NCBI GenBank assembly: GCA_964576615.1
Contig: CAZNUU010000003.1
Location: 6,523-70,522, forward strand
DNA from: an uncultured Candidatus Saccharibacteria bacterium
GTDB taxonomy: Bacteria; Patescibacteriota; Minisyncoccia; Phycocordibacterales; DATDWN01
Direction: 5' to 3'
DNA length: 64,000 nt
Below the pieces are notes generated by a model. It saw only the letters and a program-made list of their open reading frames with translations, was not told the origin of the DNA and did not search any database. Both the position numbers and the translations under genes were made by a program. Position 1 is the first letter of the stretch. Each line of letters starts with the position of its first letter. Of this stretch, positions 28,868-39,384 are shown in pieces.

Positions 28868-29260
28868 TAAGTTTAAAATTTGGCGAACTCCTTACAGGAG
28901 CTGTACACCTCTCGCATTTTGATTACAAAACGCTCAAGGTCTTGCGAAGCTACGCTTCTCACCTCGTTCCAAAATTAAACATGTTCGTCATCTTAGTGTT
29001 ACTAAGACTCCTTACCTGTTTAATTTCTCACGTCGGATTTCATCCAAATTTTAAACTCAGTGTTAATCTAAAATTATTACTAATAATGCAAACGCCATTT
29101 TGGAAATTCCAAAAACTCAATGTTCGAGAAACCTGAATTCTTAAAACTTCCTAAAACAAAAATCGCAAAAGCGACGAATAATATATTAGACAATATGTAT
29201 TAAATAGTCAACAAGAATGAAAACAGCCCCTCGCCAAGTTGGCGAAGGGCTGAACAAAAA

Positions 29261-29752
29261 CTACGACTGCAGACGGGGCAGGGGCGCTGTCTCGACGAGT
29301 ACCTGGCGAAGATTCGCGAGATACTTTTCGAACTTGCCCGCAAGCATCATCTCCTGCATTGAGGAGCTGATGTACTTGCCCTCGCGAGCGAGCCCGGCGA
29401 TCGCGTCGAGTCGTTCACCGACATCCGCCATCGAGGCGCCCAGCTTGCGCGCCTGGATCAGCTGGGGCACGAAGTAATTGGAAAGTGATCCCTCGACCAT
29501 CTCGGGATGATCGGTCTTCACGAGCCAGATCTGCCCATCGAGGTTTGCGAGGACCGCCGCCGGACTGGAATCCCGGATCGCCCGGACTTCCTTCCCGAGC
29601 TGCGCGTTCTTTCGCTCGAGTCCCCGCATCTCCTCACCCGCCTTGGCGATCGACACCGATAGCCGGTACGTCACGTATCCGGCGCCCGACGCCACCGCAA
29701 GTGCGAGAGATGCCACCACCGCGAGAACCACGAAACTTCTTCTGCTCACCAT
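29261..29752 (-). CDS. Signal-anchored coiled-coil protein (GC-rich cassette)
   Basis: TTGACA-N17-TTTAAT, AGGAGG 6 nt from ATG; terminator hairpin 29226-29253. Confidence 0.55.
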   Translation of the reverse strand: MVSRRSFVVLAVVASLALAVASGAGYVTYRLSVSIAKAGEEMRGLERKNAQLGKEVRAIRDSSPAAVLANLDGQIWLVKTDHPEMVEGSLSNYFVPQLIQARKLGASMADVGERLDAIAGLAREGKYISSSMQEMMLAGKFEKYLANLRQVLVETAPLPRLQS

Positions 29753-29808
29753 CTCTGACCTCCTTCTTATATTAAAACAAAATTAATCGTATTTGTCAAA
29801 TAGAACAT

Positions 29809-30126
29809 CTAGATACTTTGGAGCATGAGATCCTCCTTTAAGGCCTGTCTTTCTTCTATCACCAGGGAATCAAAAGTTGGAATTCTTGCCTTTAAAAAAC
29901 TCAAAACTTCGTGAGGAGTAGTTTTGTCCTGACCAAGTAAATTATCCAACTCGTCCTGTTCCCTCTCAGATAAAATATCTAGAGATCTTGTAAGAAGAGC
30001 TTGGTATAAAATTTTACCGATTCTTTCCGCAACCTCTCTTTGTTTTATGGGAGGAAGACCTTCTAGGTTCCACTCCTTAATTATTTCTTTTAAAAGAATC
30101 ATCTTAGATTTTTTATTAGTATCCAA
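29809..30126 (-). CDS. Small acidic protein, paralog of 39385..39684
   Basis: Shared C-terminal motif ...SFL+.+IP.FD.LV.E...LK. Confidence 0.5.
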   Translation of the reverse strand: MDTNKKSKMILLKEIIKEWNLEGLPPIKQREVAERIGKILYQALLTRSLDILSEREQDELDNLLGQDKTTPHEVLSFLKARIPTFDSLVIEERQALKEDLMLQSI

Positions 30127-31352
30127 GCTCTCTCAAAGACTTGCTGTTGTACTGTCTTCGCAAAAAGAAACCCTGCCTTGTATTTTTTATCCAATTTCAC
30201 ATCCGGACCTTTCTTGGTCATTGTTCCCCTTGCAATTTCTACACCGTCACAAGTAATTTTAATTACCACTGTCTCCCCATCCATTTCTTTAATAATTTCT
30301 CCCTTGTGGCCTTCAAACTCAATAGGAATTGTTTCACTTTGTGGTAAAGAAACGACACCTTCCTCATTACCTGCCTTAAACGACTCGGGTTGGTTAATTA
30401 TTGAGGTCGAAACTACTTCTGGTTCTGGAGCTGCCGGCACGGCCTCGTTTACTCTAAGACCACTAAAAGTGCTCGGGGATAGATTCTCAGGTGAGAACAA
30501 ATTAAAATCATGATTTAGTGCGACAGACAAATCGTCTGCACTCCCCTCATCTAGATTGCCCCAAGTCTTTTCAGCTTTAATAATAATTCTTTCAGATCTT
30601 GGTGAACTTCTGACCAGTTCCCGTCTTATCATTTCAATTTCACCCAGATCAAATTCTGGCCCAGGGCCCAGACTCTCTCTCTTATCTCTCCTAGTTCTGT
30701 AATATTCATCCCTAGCTGCTATTAATTCACTTGGCTCATCTTTTTGAGGCATGCTGCGAACACCACCTAGGGATTCCATCAATCTGCGAAAAACATCCTT
30801 GTTTTTTTTAGCATTCTCTAAGTAGGGACCTAGTAATTTAATGTAATTTTCTCTAGCTTTTATTAACTTTCTATCTAGATCGATGGAAGGCTCAGTTTCC
30901 GTGTTCCTGGCAACTACTCCGGGCCTAATCCCGAGAAGTGAGAGTACATCCCTCGTCTCAAGGGGCGTAATCAAAGTGGAGTTGGAGATTATTTTAACTA
31001 CCTCCTCCATAGAAGCCCTGTCTGTAATATCCCAAATTAAATTCTTTACATTTGCTCGGTCGACAGAAATCTTTTTCAAATAATCTAGAACAGGGCCTGG
31101 AGCGGAAAAAGTTGCATCTTTTTTTTCTTTCTGTTCTTTGGGTGGAAGCGGTGCTGGCTCGGAGAATTGTTTTTCAATTTTTTTATCTTGCTCCGTTTCA
31201 AGCGGAGGAAGTTCGGTTGGTTTTGCCATTGCCTCAAACCCAATTATTTTTATTGGGACTCTAGTCTCGTCTAAACCAACGGAGTCAACGACTTCGTCAA
31301 AGGCTGGAGGGTGAATACTTACTTCACTTTCGATTGGAGAAGGACTATTCAT
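30099..31352 (-). CDS. Hypothetical protein (417 aa), local similarity to 36946..39357
   Basis: PSELIAARDEYYRTRR vs PQELVDARSEYFKAKR. Confidence 0.5.
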   Translation of the reverse strand: MNSPSPIESEVSIHPPAFDEVVDSVGLDETRVPIKIIGFEAMAKPTELPPLETEQDKKIEKQFSEPAPLPPKEQKEKKDATFSAPGPVLDYLKKISVDRANVKNLIWDITDRASMEEVVKIISNSTLITPLETRDVLSLLGIRPGVVARNTETEPSIDLDRKLIKARENYIKLLGPYLENAKKNKDVFRRLMESLGGVRSMPQKDEPSELIAARDEYYRTRRDKRESLGPGPEFDLGEIEMIRRELVRSSPRSERIIIKAEKTWGNLDEGSADDLSVALNHDFNLFSPENLSPSTFSGLRVNEAVPAAPEPEVVSTSIINQPESFKAGNEEGVVSLPQSETIPIEFEGHKGEIIKEMDGETVVIKITCDGVEIARGTMTKKGPDVKLDKKYKAGFLFAKTVQQQVFERAWILIKNLR

Positions 31353-31414
31353 CCCCCAATTTTAACTTTTTTGTTTTCTCGGAGCAATTTAAAAAGCGGA
31401 AAAACTGTGTTTTT

Positions 31415-31582
31415 AAAAGCCTTTCGCAGGAGCTTAGAAAATAAACGCAAATTAGATAGCTGAAGGCATTGTTTGAGCGTAGCGAGTTTGCCGAGAAGCT
31501 AAGTCTCATTTGCGCATTATTTTCTTGAGCGACGAGAAGTTCGCTAGGCCAGCAGGCCTAGATAGATTGCTTTTAAAAATAC
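31415..31582 (+). repeat. Copy 1 of ~165-bp repeat (inverted copy at 43800-43968, ~90% identity)
   Basis: Manual alignment, e.g. AAAAGCCTTTCGCAGGAGCTTAGAAAATAAA...CTCATTTGCGCATTATTTTCTTGAGCGACGAGAAGTTCGCTAG shared. Confidence 0.6.
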
Positions 31583-31593
31583 GTTTTTGGAGC

Positions 31594-33735
31594 TTACTTT
31601 CTACTCTCTATTATGGATTTCTCCACGTTAGCTGGCACCACCTCATAGTGATCAAACTCCATCATGACCGATCCGCGACCTTGAGTAAGAGAGCGAATTT
31701 CAGTTGTATATCCAAACATTTCGGAGAGTGGAACTTTAGCATGAATTACTCTTAGCATCCCCCTCTCATCCATTCCTTCTATTTGACCGCGCTTGCCTGA
31801 CAGTGAACCAGTGATATCCCCCATGAACTGCTCTGGCATCACAGCTTCAACTTTCATAATTGGCTCGAGAATAACTGGCTTAGCCCTTTTAGCGGCGTCC
31901 TGGAAAGCTTGGGAGGCAGCGATCTTGTAGGCAATTTCAGATGAGTCCACATCGTGGTAAGAGCCGTAGGTTAAAACAGAGGAAATATTTACCATTGGAT
32001 AGCCTGCGACAATGCCTCGACCCATCGCTTCGTGTATACCTTTTTCTACTGCAGGGATAAATTCCTGAGGTATAACCCCCCCTTTAATTTCATCAATGAA
32101 TTCAAAATCCTCATGGCGATGAACATTTTTGGGAATTTTTGCACCTTCTTTGAGTGCTTCCATAGGTTTAATCGTAATTTTTACATGGCCATATTGACCC
32201 TTACCTCCAGTCTGTTTAATATATTTGTTTTCAGCTTCTGCTGTACCCAAAATTGTTTCCTTGTAAGCAACCTGGGGTTTGCCGACATTTACCTCCACTC
32301 CGAATTCTCTTTTCATTCGATCAACCATAATTTCTAGGTGAAGCTCTCCCATTCCAGAAATAATGGACTCGCCCGTATCAGTGTTTGAGGAAATAACAAA
32401 AGTTGGATCTTCATCTGAAAGTTTTTTGAGAGCCATACCCATTTTTTCCTGATCTGCTTTTGTTTTTGGTTCAACCCGAAGAGACACCACTGGTGCTACG
32501 AATTTAATTGGATCTAGGACAATTGGATTGTTTTCATCACAAAGAGTGTGAGATGTTTTTGCGTTTTTTAATCCAACCGCTGCAGCAATTTCACCCGCAA
32601 AAACTTTTTTAACTTCTTCTCGTTTGTCTGCCTGCAGTCTAACAATTCTTCCCAGTCTTTCCTTCTCGCCGGTAGTTGAGTTGTAAATATATGTGCCAGA
32701 TTCAATTGTGCCGGAGTAAACTCGAAAGAAAGTAAGCTGACCTACGAAAGGATCGTTTTGAAGTTTGAAGGCTAGAGCAGAAAATGGCTCTGTGTCAGAT
32801 GCTTTTCGATATATTTCATCCCCAGTTTTTGGATCAATGCCATGAACGGGAGGAATATCTAGAGGTGAAGGCAGGTAATCAACCACCCCATCAAGCACAA
32901 GTTGAACACCTTTATTTTTTAAAGCAGAACCCGTAAAGACAGGCACAATCTTTACGGCAAGGGTTGCTTTTCTTAGAGTTGCCTTTAATTCATCTAATGT
33001 AGGTTCCTTGCCTTCTAGATAAGCTGCCATCTGCGCATCATCTTGTTCAACTATCTTTTCGATCAATTCCCCACGATATTTTTTAGCTTCTTCCAGATAT
33101 TCTGCAGGAATTTCAGCTTCTTTTATCTGATTTCCCATGTTGCCTTCAAAGTAATAGGCCTTCATTTTGAGAAGGTCGATAACTCCTTCGTGTTTATCTT
33201 CTAGACCAATCGGAATCTGCATCCTGACAGCATTTTTTGTAAGTCTATCTAAAATTGATTGGTATGATCTCTCAAATGATGCGCCAGTTCGGTCGAGTTT
33301 GTTGATAAAGCAAATTCGAGGCACATTGCCATCATCCGCATAGCGCCAGTTGGTTTCTGACTGTGGTTCAACCCCAGCCACACCATCAAAAACCACCACC
33401 GCACCGTCGAGGACTCGAAGTGACCTCTTCACTTCCGCAGTAAAATCAATGTGACCTGGAGTATCAATAATATTGAATCTGTACTCTGGTTTAGCACCCT
33501 TCTCTTTATATGTCGGATTCCAAAAACAAGTAATCGCAGCCGCAGTAATAGTAATGCCTCGCTCTCTTTCTTGCTCCATCCAATCCGTAACAGTCTCACC
33601 CTCGTGCACTTCACCTATCTTGTGAGTCATGCCTGTATAGTAAAGTACTCGCTCGGATGTGGTTGTTTTACCCGCATCAATGTGAGCGATGATTCCGAAA
33701 TTTCTAACTTTTTCTAACGAGTAATCTCTGTTCAT
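31594..33735 (-). CDS. fusA: Elongation factor G
   Basis: [17 protein letters not shown] and EF-G domains. Confidence 0.97.
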   Translation of the reverse strand: MNRDYSLEKVRNFGIIAHIDAGKTTTSERVLYYTGMTHKIGEVHEGETVTDWMEQERERGITITAAAITCFWNPTYKEKGAKPEYRFNIIDTPGHIDFTAEVKRSLRVLDGAVVVFDGVAGVEPQSETNWRYADDGNVPRICFINKLDRTGASFERSYQSILDRLTKNAVRMQIPIGLEDKHEGVIDLLKMKAYYFEGNMGNQIKEAEIPAEYLEEAKKYRGELIEKIVEQDDAQMAAYLEGKEPTLDELKATLRKATLAVKIVPVFTGSALKNKGVQLVLDGVVDYLPSPLDIPPVHGIDPKTGDEIYRKASDTEPFSALAFKLQNDPFVGQLTFFRVYSGTIESGTYIYNSTTGEKERLGRIVRLQADKREEVKKVFAGEIAAAVGLKNAKTSHTLCDENNPIVLDPIKFVAPVVSLRVEPKTKADQEKMGMALKKLSDEDPTFVISSNTDTGESIISGMGELHLEIMVDRMKREFGVEVNVGKPQVAYKETILGTAEAENKYIKQTGGKGQYGHVKITIKPMEALKEGAKIPKNVHRHEDFEFIDEIKGGVIPQEFIPAVEKGIHEAMGRGIVAGYPMVNISSVLTYGSYHDVDSSEIAYKIAASQAFQDAAKRAKPVILEPIMKVEAVMPEQFMGDITGSLSGKRGQIEGMDERGMLRVIHAKVPLSEMFGYTTEIRSLTQGRGSVMMEFDHYEVVPANVEKSIIESRK

Positions 33736-33837
33736 TTTTTAAAACAAAAAGGCCTTGCGGCAGATAAAACTATATACTAAAAGCTTTTTTGTTGCAATTA
33801 GATGGTCGTAGTGATAGAAATTATCTAGGAGGTACTG

Positions 33838-34092
33838 ATGTTTCACCCAGATGAAGATGTCAACAGTGCAATTGTCCGTCTCATCGATGCCCTGACAAGC
33901 TGGGAACGCTCAACAGGCCGGGAATCATTTCTGGTTTTAGTTCCAGTTGAATCAGAGGAGAGGGTCGTCGTGGTTGACTCTGGCAGACTCATGGATCTGG
34001 AGTCTCTCACAGATGAACTGATCGCTGAACGTGTCTTGCAGGCTCTGGTCTGCCATGACAATCCAGAGGTTCATCGTTTTATCGATGGCTAG
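33838..34092 (+). CDS. Hypothetical acidic small protein (GC-rich cassette)
   Basis: TTGCAA-N17-TAGAAA, AGGAGG 5 nt from ATG; hairpin CTAACAGAGG..CCTTTGTTAG downstream. Confidence 0.5.
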   Translation: MFHPDEDVNSAIVRLIDALTSWERSTGRESFLVLVPVESEERVVVVDSGRLMDLESLTDELIAERVLQALVCHDNPEVHRFIDG

Positions 34093-34125
34093 GGCTCGAC
34101 CTAACAGAGGCCGGGCCTTTGTTAG

Positions 34126-36900
34126 TTATTTTTTATACTTCTCGAGTATTGTTGCTTCTATTTCCGCTCGATTGCCCCCATAAGTTTCGTAAGAAAGTTG
34201 TTTTAATTTCTCAGCTGTGGCAGCATCCCCTTTTGGTGGGAATGGTTCTCTTATATTAAAAGCTTTGCTAGGTATTCCATTAACTAACATTTTTACATAA
34301 GCATTTAGATTCTCGATGTTCATAATATCTTTGGCAGTAAATGTCGGAGAAAATTGTTTTTCCAAATATTCTGCATCCTCGGCACTCACCCGGAAAGAGA
34401 CAATAGAACCAACGTTACCAAAAACAGAATCTTTTATCTTTTCTTCCAATTGAGCGATGAATTGATGAGCAACGGTTAGAGAAAGTTTATATTTCCTAGC
34501 TTCGGATAATATAGAGGATATCGAGTCTGTAGTAATATTTTGAAATTCGTCCATATAAAGATAGAACGCCGGAAAATCTTTACCTACAAGATCGACCCGT
34601 GACAGAGAAGCCATTAGAATTTTACCAACTAGAATAAGACCGATTAGGTTTGCATTTATAGCCCCCAAACGACCCTTGGAAAGGTTAACCAAAAGGATTT
34701 TCCGACCATCCATTATTTCCCGGAAGTTAAAAGAGGATTTTTCCTGCGCAACTATTGGCCGCATAATGTCGTTAGCCAAGAACACATCAAATTTACTAGT
34801 TATGTAAGGGACGATATTGGCTAGTGCGGCATCACCTCCAGCTTTCTCTGCGACCTCCTTCCAAAACTGCACAACTACTGGATTTTTACATTTGGAAATC
34901 TTCAGGTCACGATAAGCTTTATTCGACATCACTCGCGAAACATCTAGGAGGGTATGCCCTGTTTCCGGATCTTCGATTACCAGCATGGTGGCATTTCTAA
35001 AATACTGTTCAAACATTGGACCCATCGATTCCGGTACCGCACCATAAAGTTTTTGGAAGATAGAAAATAGTTCATTTACAACGAAAGTTTTTTGCTCGGG
35101 ATATTTTGGATCATACTCCAGCATGTTTAAGGCCATAGGCCTTTCGGTGTAAGCAGGATCAAAGTAAATAACGTCTTTGTAACGGCTCTCCGGAATATTC
35201 GACAAAATATCAAAAATATCTGTACCATGAGGATCTATAAAACAACAACCATTCCCCCGGTTTATATCCTGGATTATCGAATTTTTTAAAAATACAGTTT
35301 TACCAGTTCCAGTTTGCCCTACCACATACATATGTCTTAAGCGATCTTGGTCCTGAATATATACTTTAGTTTCGGCATTGCGGTAATTATTTACACCCAA
35401 GTAAATACCACTCTCTGACATACCGCTAGGCGCCGGAGCAGAAGTGGCGAGTGATTGTTTAAGCTGAGGCGCCGCCTTGCCAATATGAGTTGCAGGGAAA
35501 TGTAGGCAAGTTGTCATTTCTTCTATGTTCAAAATCATTTGATTTTTTTCGTCAAATGTTCGTAAGGAAAAATTCTCCAAAAAATCTCGCAGGTTACCCT
35601 TCTCCATTTTTTGCCACTCTATTCTATTGCCATGGCCATTCTCAAACTGATTGAAGGCCGACTCAATGTCATTAAGGATCGTCTTAGCTTTTTCTTCAGT
35701 ACTAGAGGAAGCCGCAGCTCTAATGTTTACAGATATAAATGAGCTTTTGATCTTTCTTATAAACTGCTCGATCGCTTTTTGGTCATTGTTTTGGGCTCTT
35801 TTTTCTTTTGCCTCATTTTCCTTTTCTAGTTTCTCTGCACTTTTAAAAATACTTGTTAATTCCTTAAACACACTTGAACCCAAGGAGCGATCGATGTCAG
35901 AGACAGCATCAGAGACTTTTTCTCCCTTCTTTATATTTTCAATTGCATGCTCTGCAGACTTAAATAGATCATCCCTCCTGCCTCCAACTATGAGTTGAAT
36001 TGCTGCACCCTCCCCATCTTTATCTATCTTAGAGAAACTATTTAAAATAACTCCCAGCGGATCAATATTAAATTCTTCGTAAGGTTTTAGTGGATATAAA
36101 AATTGCTTAGAGAGTTTCGCACTTCCAGCGACAGAGACACCTTGTTCGTTAAAAATATTGTAGTCATCTTTGTGTTCCTTTATGAGTGAGCCAGGGAAAA
36201 CCGCTAGAATCTGTTTTTCAAACAATTCTTTTCTTTTAGTAGGAACCGAAACATAAAAAACAAACTGGTCACTGCCATTGGCACAAGCAATTTCCACCGA
36301 AAACCACATCGGATCGTTTTTATCCGAAGAAATAGAGAGCATACCAGAATAAAACTGTTCCATCCCGGAGATTAGCTCTTTTATGTGTTTATTTTTGTCT
36401 TCCTCCGATGCTTCTGGCAGACTTATTTCAAATAAAGTCATGTGCAGCGGCTTCCACAGAAAATCTTTTTCCTTCAAATCGGCTATAGGATAGCCGGATG
36501 CAATAAACTGGACCAGAAAACGGTGAAAATCATCAAATATATGTGGGTCATTCATTTTTTCAATGACACTTAAAACATTTTTTATGCCTTTTTCCTGCAT
36601 TAGGCTGAGAAGTTCGCCCATTTTTACATCGTGTGATTCGGGAGAAAGCTCTAGAGTAATCGCCCCAGCTTCCTTATCGTTCATGACATATTCTTTCTCC
36701 AAAACTTCTTCGTGAGGCAGGCCAGCATAACTTTTAACAACTTCCTTGGCGGCTTGATTAGTAGAAGTTTCTATCCCTCTTTCGCGTAAAATCGTTTCGT
36801 AGTTTATGACTGATTCACGGAGTTTGTTAATCTCTTGTTCCGGACTTGCGACTTTTGGCTGAAATTCCAGACTTGGGTTCATACAGCAATTATATAACAA
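34126..36900 (-). CDS. VirD4/TraG/FtsK-like P-loop ATPase (putative DNA/protein translocase) with ~500-aa N-terminal domain of unknown function
   Basis: Walker A VVGQTGTGKT...IDPHGT, Walker B FYLYMDEF, ARKYKLSLTVAHQ motif. Confidence 0.55.
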   Translation of the reverse strand: MLYNCCMNPSLEFQPKVASPEQEINKLRESVINYETILRERGIETSTNQAAKEVVKSYAGLPHEEVLEKEYVMNDKEAGAITLELSPESHDVKMGELLSLMQEKGIKNVLSVIEKMNDPHIFDDFHRFLVQFIASGYPIADLKEKDFLWKPLHMTLFEISLPEASEEDKNKHIKELISGMEQFYSGMLSISSDKNDPMWFSVEIACANGSDQFVFYVSVPTKRKELFEKQILAVFPGSLIKEHKDDYNIFNEQGVSVAGSAKLSKQFLYPLKPYEEFNIDPLGVILNSFSKIDKDGEGAAIQLIVGGRRDDLFKSAEHAIENIKKGEKVSDAVSDIDRSLGSSVFKELTSIFKSAEKLEKENEAKEKRAQNNDQKAIEQFIRKIKSSFISVNIRAAASSSTEEKAKTILNDIESAFNQFENGHGNRIEWQKMEKGNLRDFLENFSLRTFDEKNQMILNIEEMTTCLHFPATHIGKAAPQLKQSLATSAPAPSGMSESGIYLGVNNYRNAETKVYIQDQDRLRHMYVVGQTGTGKTVFLKNSIIQDINRGNGCCFIDPHGTDIFDILSNIPESRYKDVIYFDPAYTERPMALNMLEYDPKYPEQKTFVVNELFSIFQKLYGAVPESMGPMFEQYFRNATMLVIEDPETGHTLLDVSRVMSNKAYRDLKISKCKNPVVVQFWKEVAEKAGGDAALANIVPYITSKFDVFLANDIMRPIVAQEKSSFNFREIMDGRKILLVNLSKGRLGAINANLIGLILVGKILMASLSRVDLVGKDFPAFYLYMDEFQNITTDSISSILSEARKYKLSLTVAHQFIAQLEEKIKDSVFGNVGSIVSFRVSAEDAEYLEKQFSPTFTAKDIMNIENLNAYVKMLVNGIPSKAFNIREPFPPKGDAATAEKLKQLSYETYGGNRAEIEATILEKYKK

Positions 36901-36901
36901 A

Positions 36902-36927
36902 AAAGCGCTGATGAAAGCGCTTTTTTG
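36902..36927. terminator. Bidirectional hairpin AAAAAGCGCT-gatgaa-AGCGCTTTTTT
   Basis: Between 803-aa gene and ATPase gene; TATAAT follows. Confidence 0.45.
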
Positions 36928-36945
36928 TTATATCTTTTTGTTTAG

Positions 36946-39357
36946 TTAAATTGTGCCTCTCAATACTCGTTCAACAATGGAGCTATTCATTACTTTTCCG
37001 GATTGAACTAGCTCTTGTCCGTGGGCCGAAAGCCAATCAAATATTACTTTGTTATTTTTGACAATACTTGCCACTTGATCTGGACTTAGACCTCTAGCAT
37101 TTAAGAGAGCTTGAGAAATAAGAGATGGATCTTCGACTTTACCAGCAATGTCTATTGCATCACCAATATGGAGAATGTTTGCATCGCCACTAGTAAAGCC
37201 AAGATCTTTAAGTTCAGTTGCGCTCATCTTGTCAAAGATATCTTTGAAAGAATCGATGACATGAGTTCTCGCCCCCTCGTCTAAACCGTTAAGAACACTG
37301 TTAGAGTCAAGGTTACGCTCTATTATTTTCCATGTATTTTCCCCTGCAACTACTCTGTGTAGCGAATGTACATTTGGAAGTACCCCAGTCTCTGGTAAGC
37401 GAGTTGAATCGAGTGGAGGCTTTGGAGTATTTGGGATATTTATGTCCCCTGATCTTGAGGGCTGAACTCTGTGGAAAAGTTTATTGCCAATGAGCCACCC
37501 GGTTGCTCCTCCCGCCGCTGCTGCTATTATTTTACGCAGCATTTTATTTATTCTTTCTCGGTCAACTTCAGATTCAATTACTTCGTTTCTGGAATTTGTT
37601 TCTCGATTTAATTTATCCGCAATTAGAACAGCTACTCCTGGACCAGAGGCATCAATGCCTTCGGCCACTTGTCTTGCTTGAAGGATATCATCCATTCTGA
37701 TTATTGCTTCAGCAATCGCACCCGTGCTATCTCCTGCAGAAAGGAGATCCCTCATTGCAACTCCTCGCTCAACCTGAAGCATTCTTAACCTAGAAGCTTC
37801 TTTTCTTATATCTTCCGGATTGATATTTGATACTGCTCTATCAACTGCATCCGGATTTACGGATCTGCCTATTTGTTTAGCTATTGCTGATACTAAACCT
37901 TTATGCCCAATAAGTTTTGAATACCTCTCCAGACCTGCTTCTGTACCTGTATATGTTCCAACAGACCCCCACACTGCTCTACCTCCCATTACTAGAGGAA
38001 CAGCCACACCTGTCATAGCAGAAGCTACACCTGCACCCCCAAGCAGAGCACCGGTTACCAGTCTGAATCTGCCCATCTGTCGCCACTTTGTCTTCAATTT
38101 CTCAAGTCTGTTTCTTTCAATACCTTCCGTTGAAATTTCATCAACATTTCTCTGTTCTTCCCGAATCAAGTCCAAAGCTCTCCTGGCTAAAAATACACGA
38201 AGCATCTTAGGTTGTTCTTGCCCACCTTCCATTCGAGCTCTTAGGGCTGCTTCCTCCATGCTCAATTCCCGTATCCTATGACGATCGAGTTGAACTTGAT
38301 ATCTATCTCGAAACCCCTCTAGCTCTTTCTTACCTTCTTCACCTCCAAAATCCATTTCTTCTTCACCAAATGACATTAAGCGTTTAAGGAACCCCCCAGC
38401 TTTGCCTCTAATTACATTGCCACGTAACCTTTTGGCCTTGAAATATTCACTTCTTGCATCAACTAACTCCTGAGGATTGAAAATTTCCGGAGTCCTAGTA
38501 GTATCTGGTCCTTCTGGCGGTTGAGGTGGTTCTTCTTGACCTCCTCCGCCACCACCTCCACCTCCGTCACCTCCACCATCAACTGGCCCTTCTCCTCCAT
38601 CTTCTTTATCCTTCCCACTCATTTCTTTTATTTTGCCTTCAACCTCCTTGGCTAAGCGCTCGATAAGATCATGGGAAGCATCTCTCGTATTTGTGTAAGG
38701 CTCACCATTTTTACCTACTGCAAAATCTTTAAGCAAATCAGGGCGATTGACCCAGTCCCCTGGATAATCAGCTGAACTAGTAGAGCCCTTACCGAAGACA
38801 TGCCAGTAAACATCTTCGTGCTCAACATTGCCTTGCCTAGCTTTGTTTAATAAATCTAGAATTCTTTTTTGTTCCGCAATTTGCCTCATTCTCTCTGCAT
38901 TTCTTTCCTGTCGCTCTCTTTCTTTTGCCGCATTTTTCTCTACTACCTCTTCAGCACGAATGTCTTGCTCAGTCTCTTTTGCTAGGTACTCAACAAGATC
39001 ATGGGCAGCGTCCCTGGTAGATTGGTATGCTTCACCGTTTTTGCCCACAGAAAACATTTTCGCCAAGTCAGGTCTCTCAGAAGTAAAATTCCTGTATGCT
39101 TCTTCATACTCAACATTTCCCTGTCTTACTTTATCTAAATAGTTAATCCTCTCTCTTAACTGTTCCAGGCTTAATGTAGGCCTTTCTTCAGCTCCTAAGT
39201 TAAGTTCTTCTCTGGTTTTGGCTGGACCTCTTTTGATTTCGTACTCAATTCCATCGTTGGCTGGAACAATTTTGGCCTTTGGGTTTGGTTTTGGAGAATC
39301 ATCTAAAACTACCAACGGTTCCTCATTTGGTCCGGCATCTGGCTTGAATCTTTCCAT
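36946..39357 (-). CDS. Large hypothetical membrane-associated protein: coiled coil, ~70-aa internal tandem duplication, Gly run, TM region, C-terminal LysM-like segment
   Basis: YLDKVRQGNVEYEEAY...GKNGEAYQSTRDAAHDLVEYLAKE repeated as LLNKARQGNVEHEDVY...GKNGEPYTNTRDASHDLIERLAKE; GGGDGGGGGGGGG. Confidence 0.5.
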   Translation of the reverse strand: MERFKPDAGPNEEPLVVLDDSPKPNPKAKIVPANDGIEYEIKRGPAKTREELNLGAEERPTLSLEQLRERINYLDKVRQGNVEYEEAYRNFTSERPDLAKMFSVGKNGEAYQSTRDAAHDLVEYLAKETEQDIRAEEVVEKNAAKERERQERNAERMRQIAEQKRILDLLNKARQGNVEHEDVYWHVFGKGSTSSADYPGDWVNRPDLLKDFAVGKNGEPYTNTRDASHDLIERLAKEVEGKIKEMSGKDKEDGGEGPVDGGGDGGGGGGGGGQEEPPQPPEGPDTTRTPEIFNPQELVDARSEYFKAKRLRGNVIRGKAGGFLKRLMSFGEEEMDFGGEEGKKELEGFRDRYQVQLDRHRIRELSMEEAALRARMEGGQEQPKMLRVFLARRALDLIREEQRNVDEISTEGIERNRLEKLKTKWRQMGRFRLVTGALLGGAGVASAMTGVAVPLVMGGRAVWGSVGTYTGTEAGLERYSKLIGHKGLVSAIAKQIGRSVNPDAVDRAVSNINPEDIRKEASRLRMLQVERGVAMRDLLSAGDSTGAIAEAIIRMDDILQARQVAEGIDASGPGVAVLIADKLNRETNSRNEVIESEVDRERINKMLRKIIAAAAGGATGWLIGNKLFHRVQPSRSGDINIPNTPKPPLDSTRLPETGVLPNVHSLHRVVAGENTWKIIERNLDSNSVLNGLDEGARTHVIDSFKDIFDKMSATELKDLGFTSGDANILHIGDAIDIAGKVEDPSLISQALLNARGLSPDQVASIVKNNKVIFDWLSAHGQELVQSGKVMNSSIVERVLRGTI

Positions 39358-39384
39358 GGATGTTTTTTATATTTAGATAATAAT

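Noticed and set aside
31510-31755. Plus-strand 81-aa ORF over the repeat copy 1 and the fusA 3' end
   Set aside because: Overlaps the fusA coding end antisense and a non-coding repeat.
35651-35998. Plus-strand ORF inside the ATPase gene
   Set aside because: Antisense shadow ORF.
37820-38281. Plus-strand ORF inside the 803-aa gene
   Set aside because: Antisense shadow ORF.
38520-38590. Gly-codon simple repeat as a phase-variation switch
   Set aside because: Codons are mixed (ggt/ggc/gga), not a homopolymeric or perfect short tandem tract; length variation would stay in frame.
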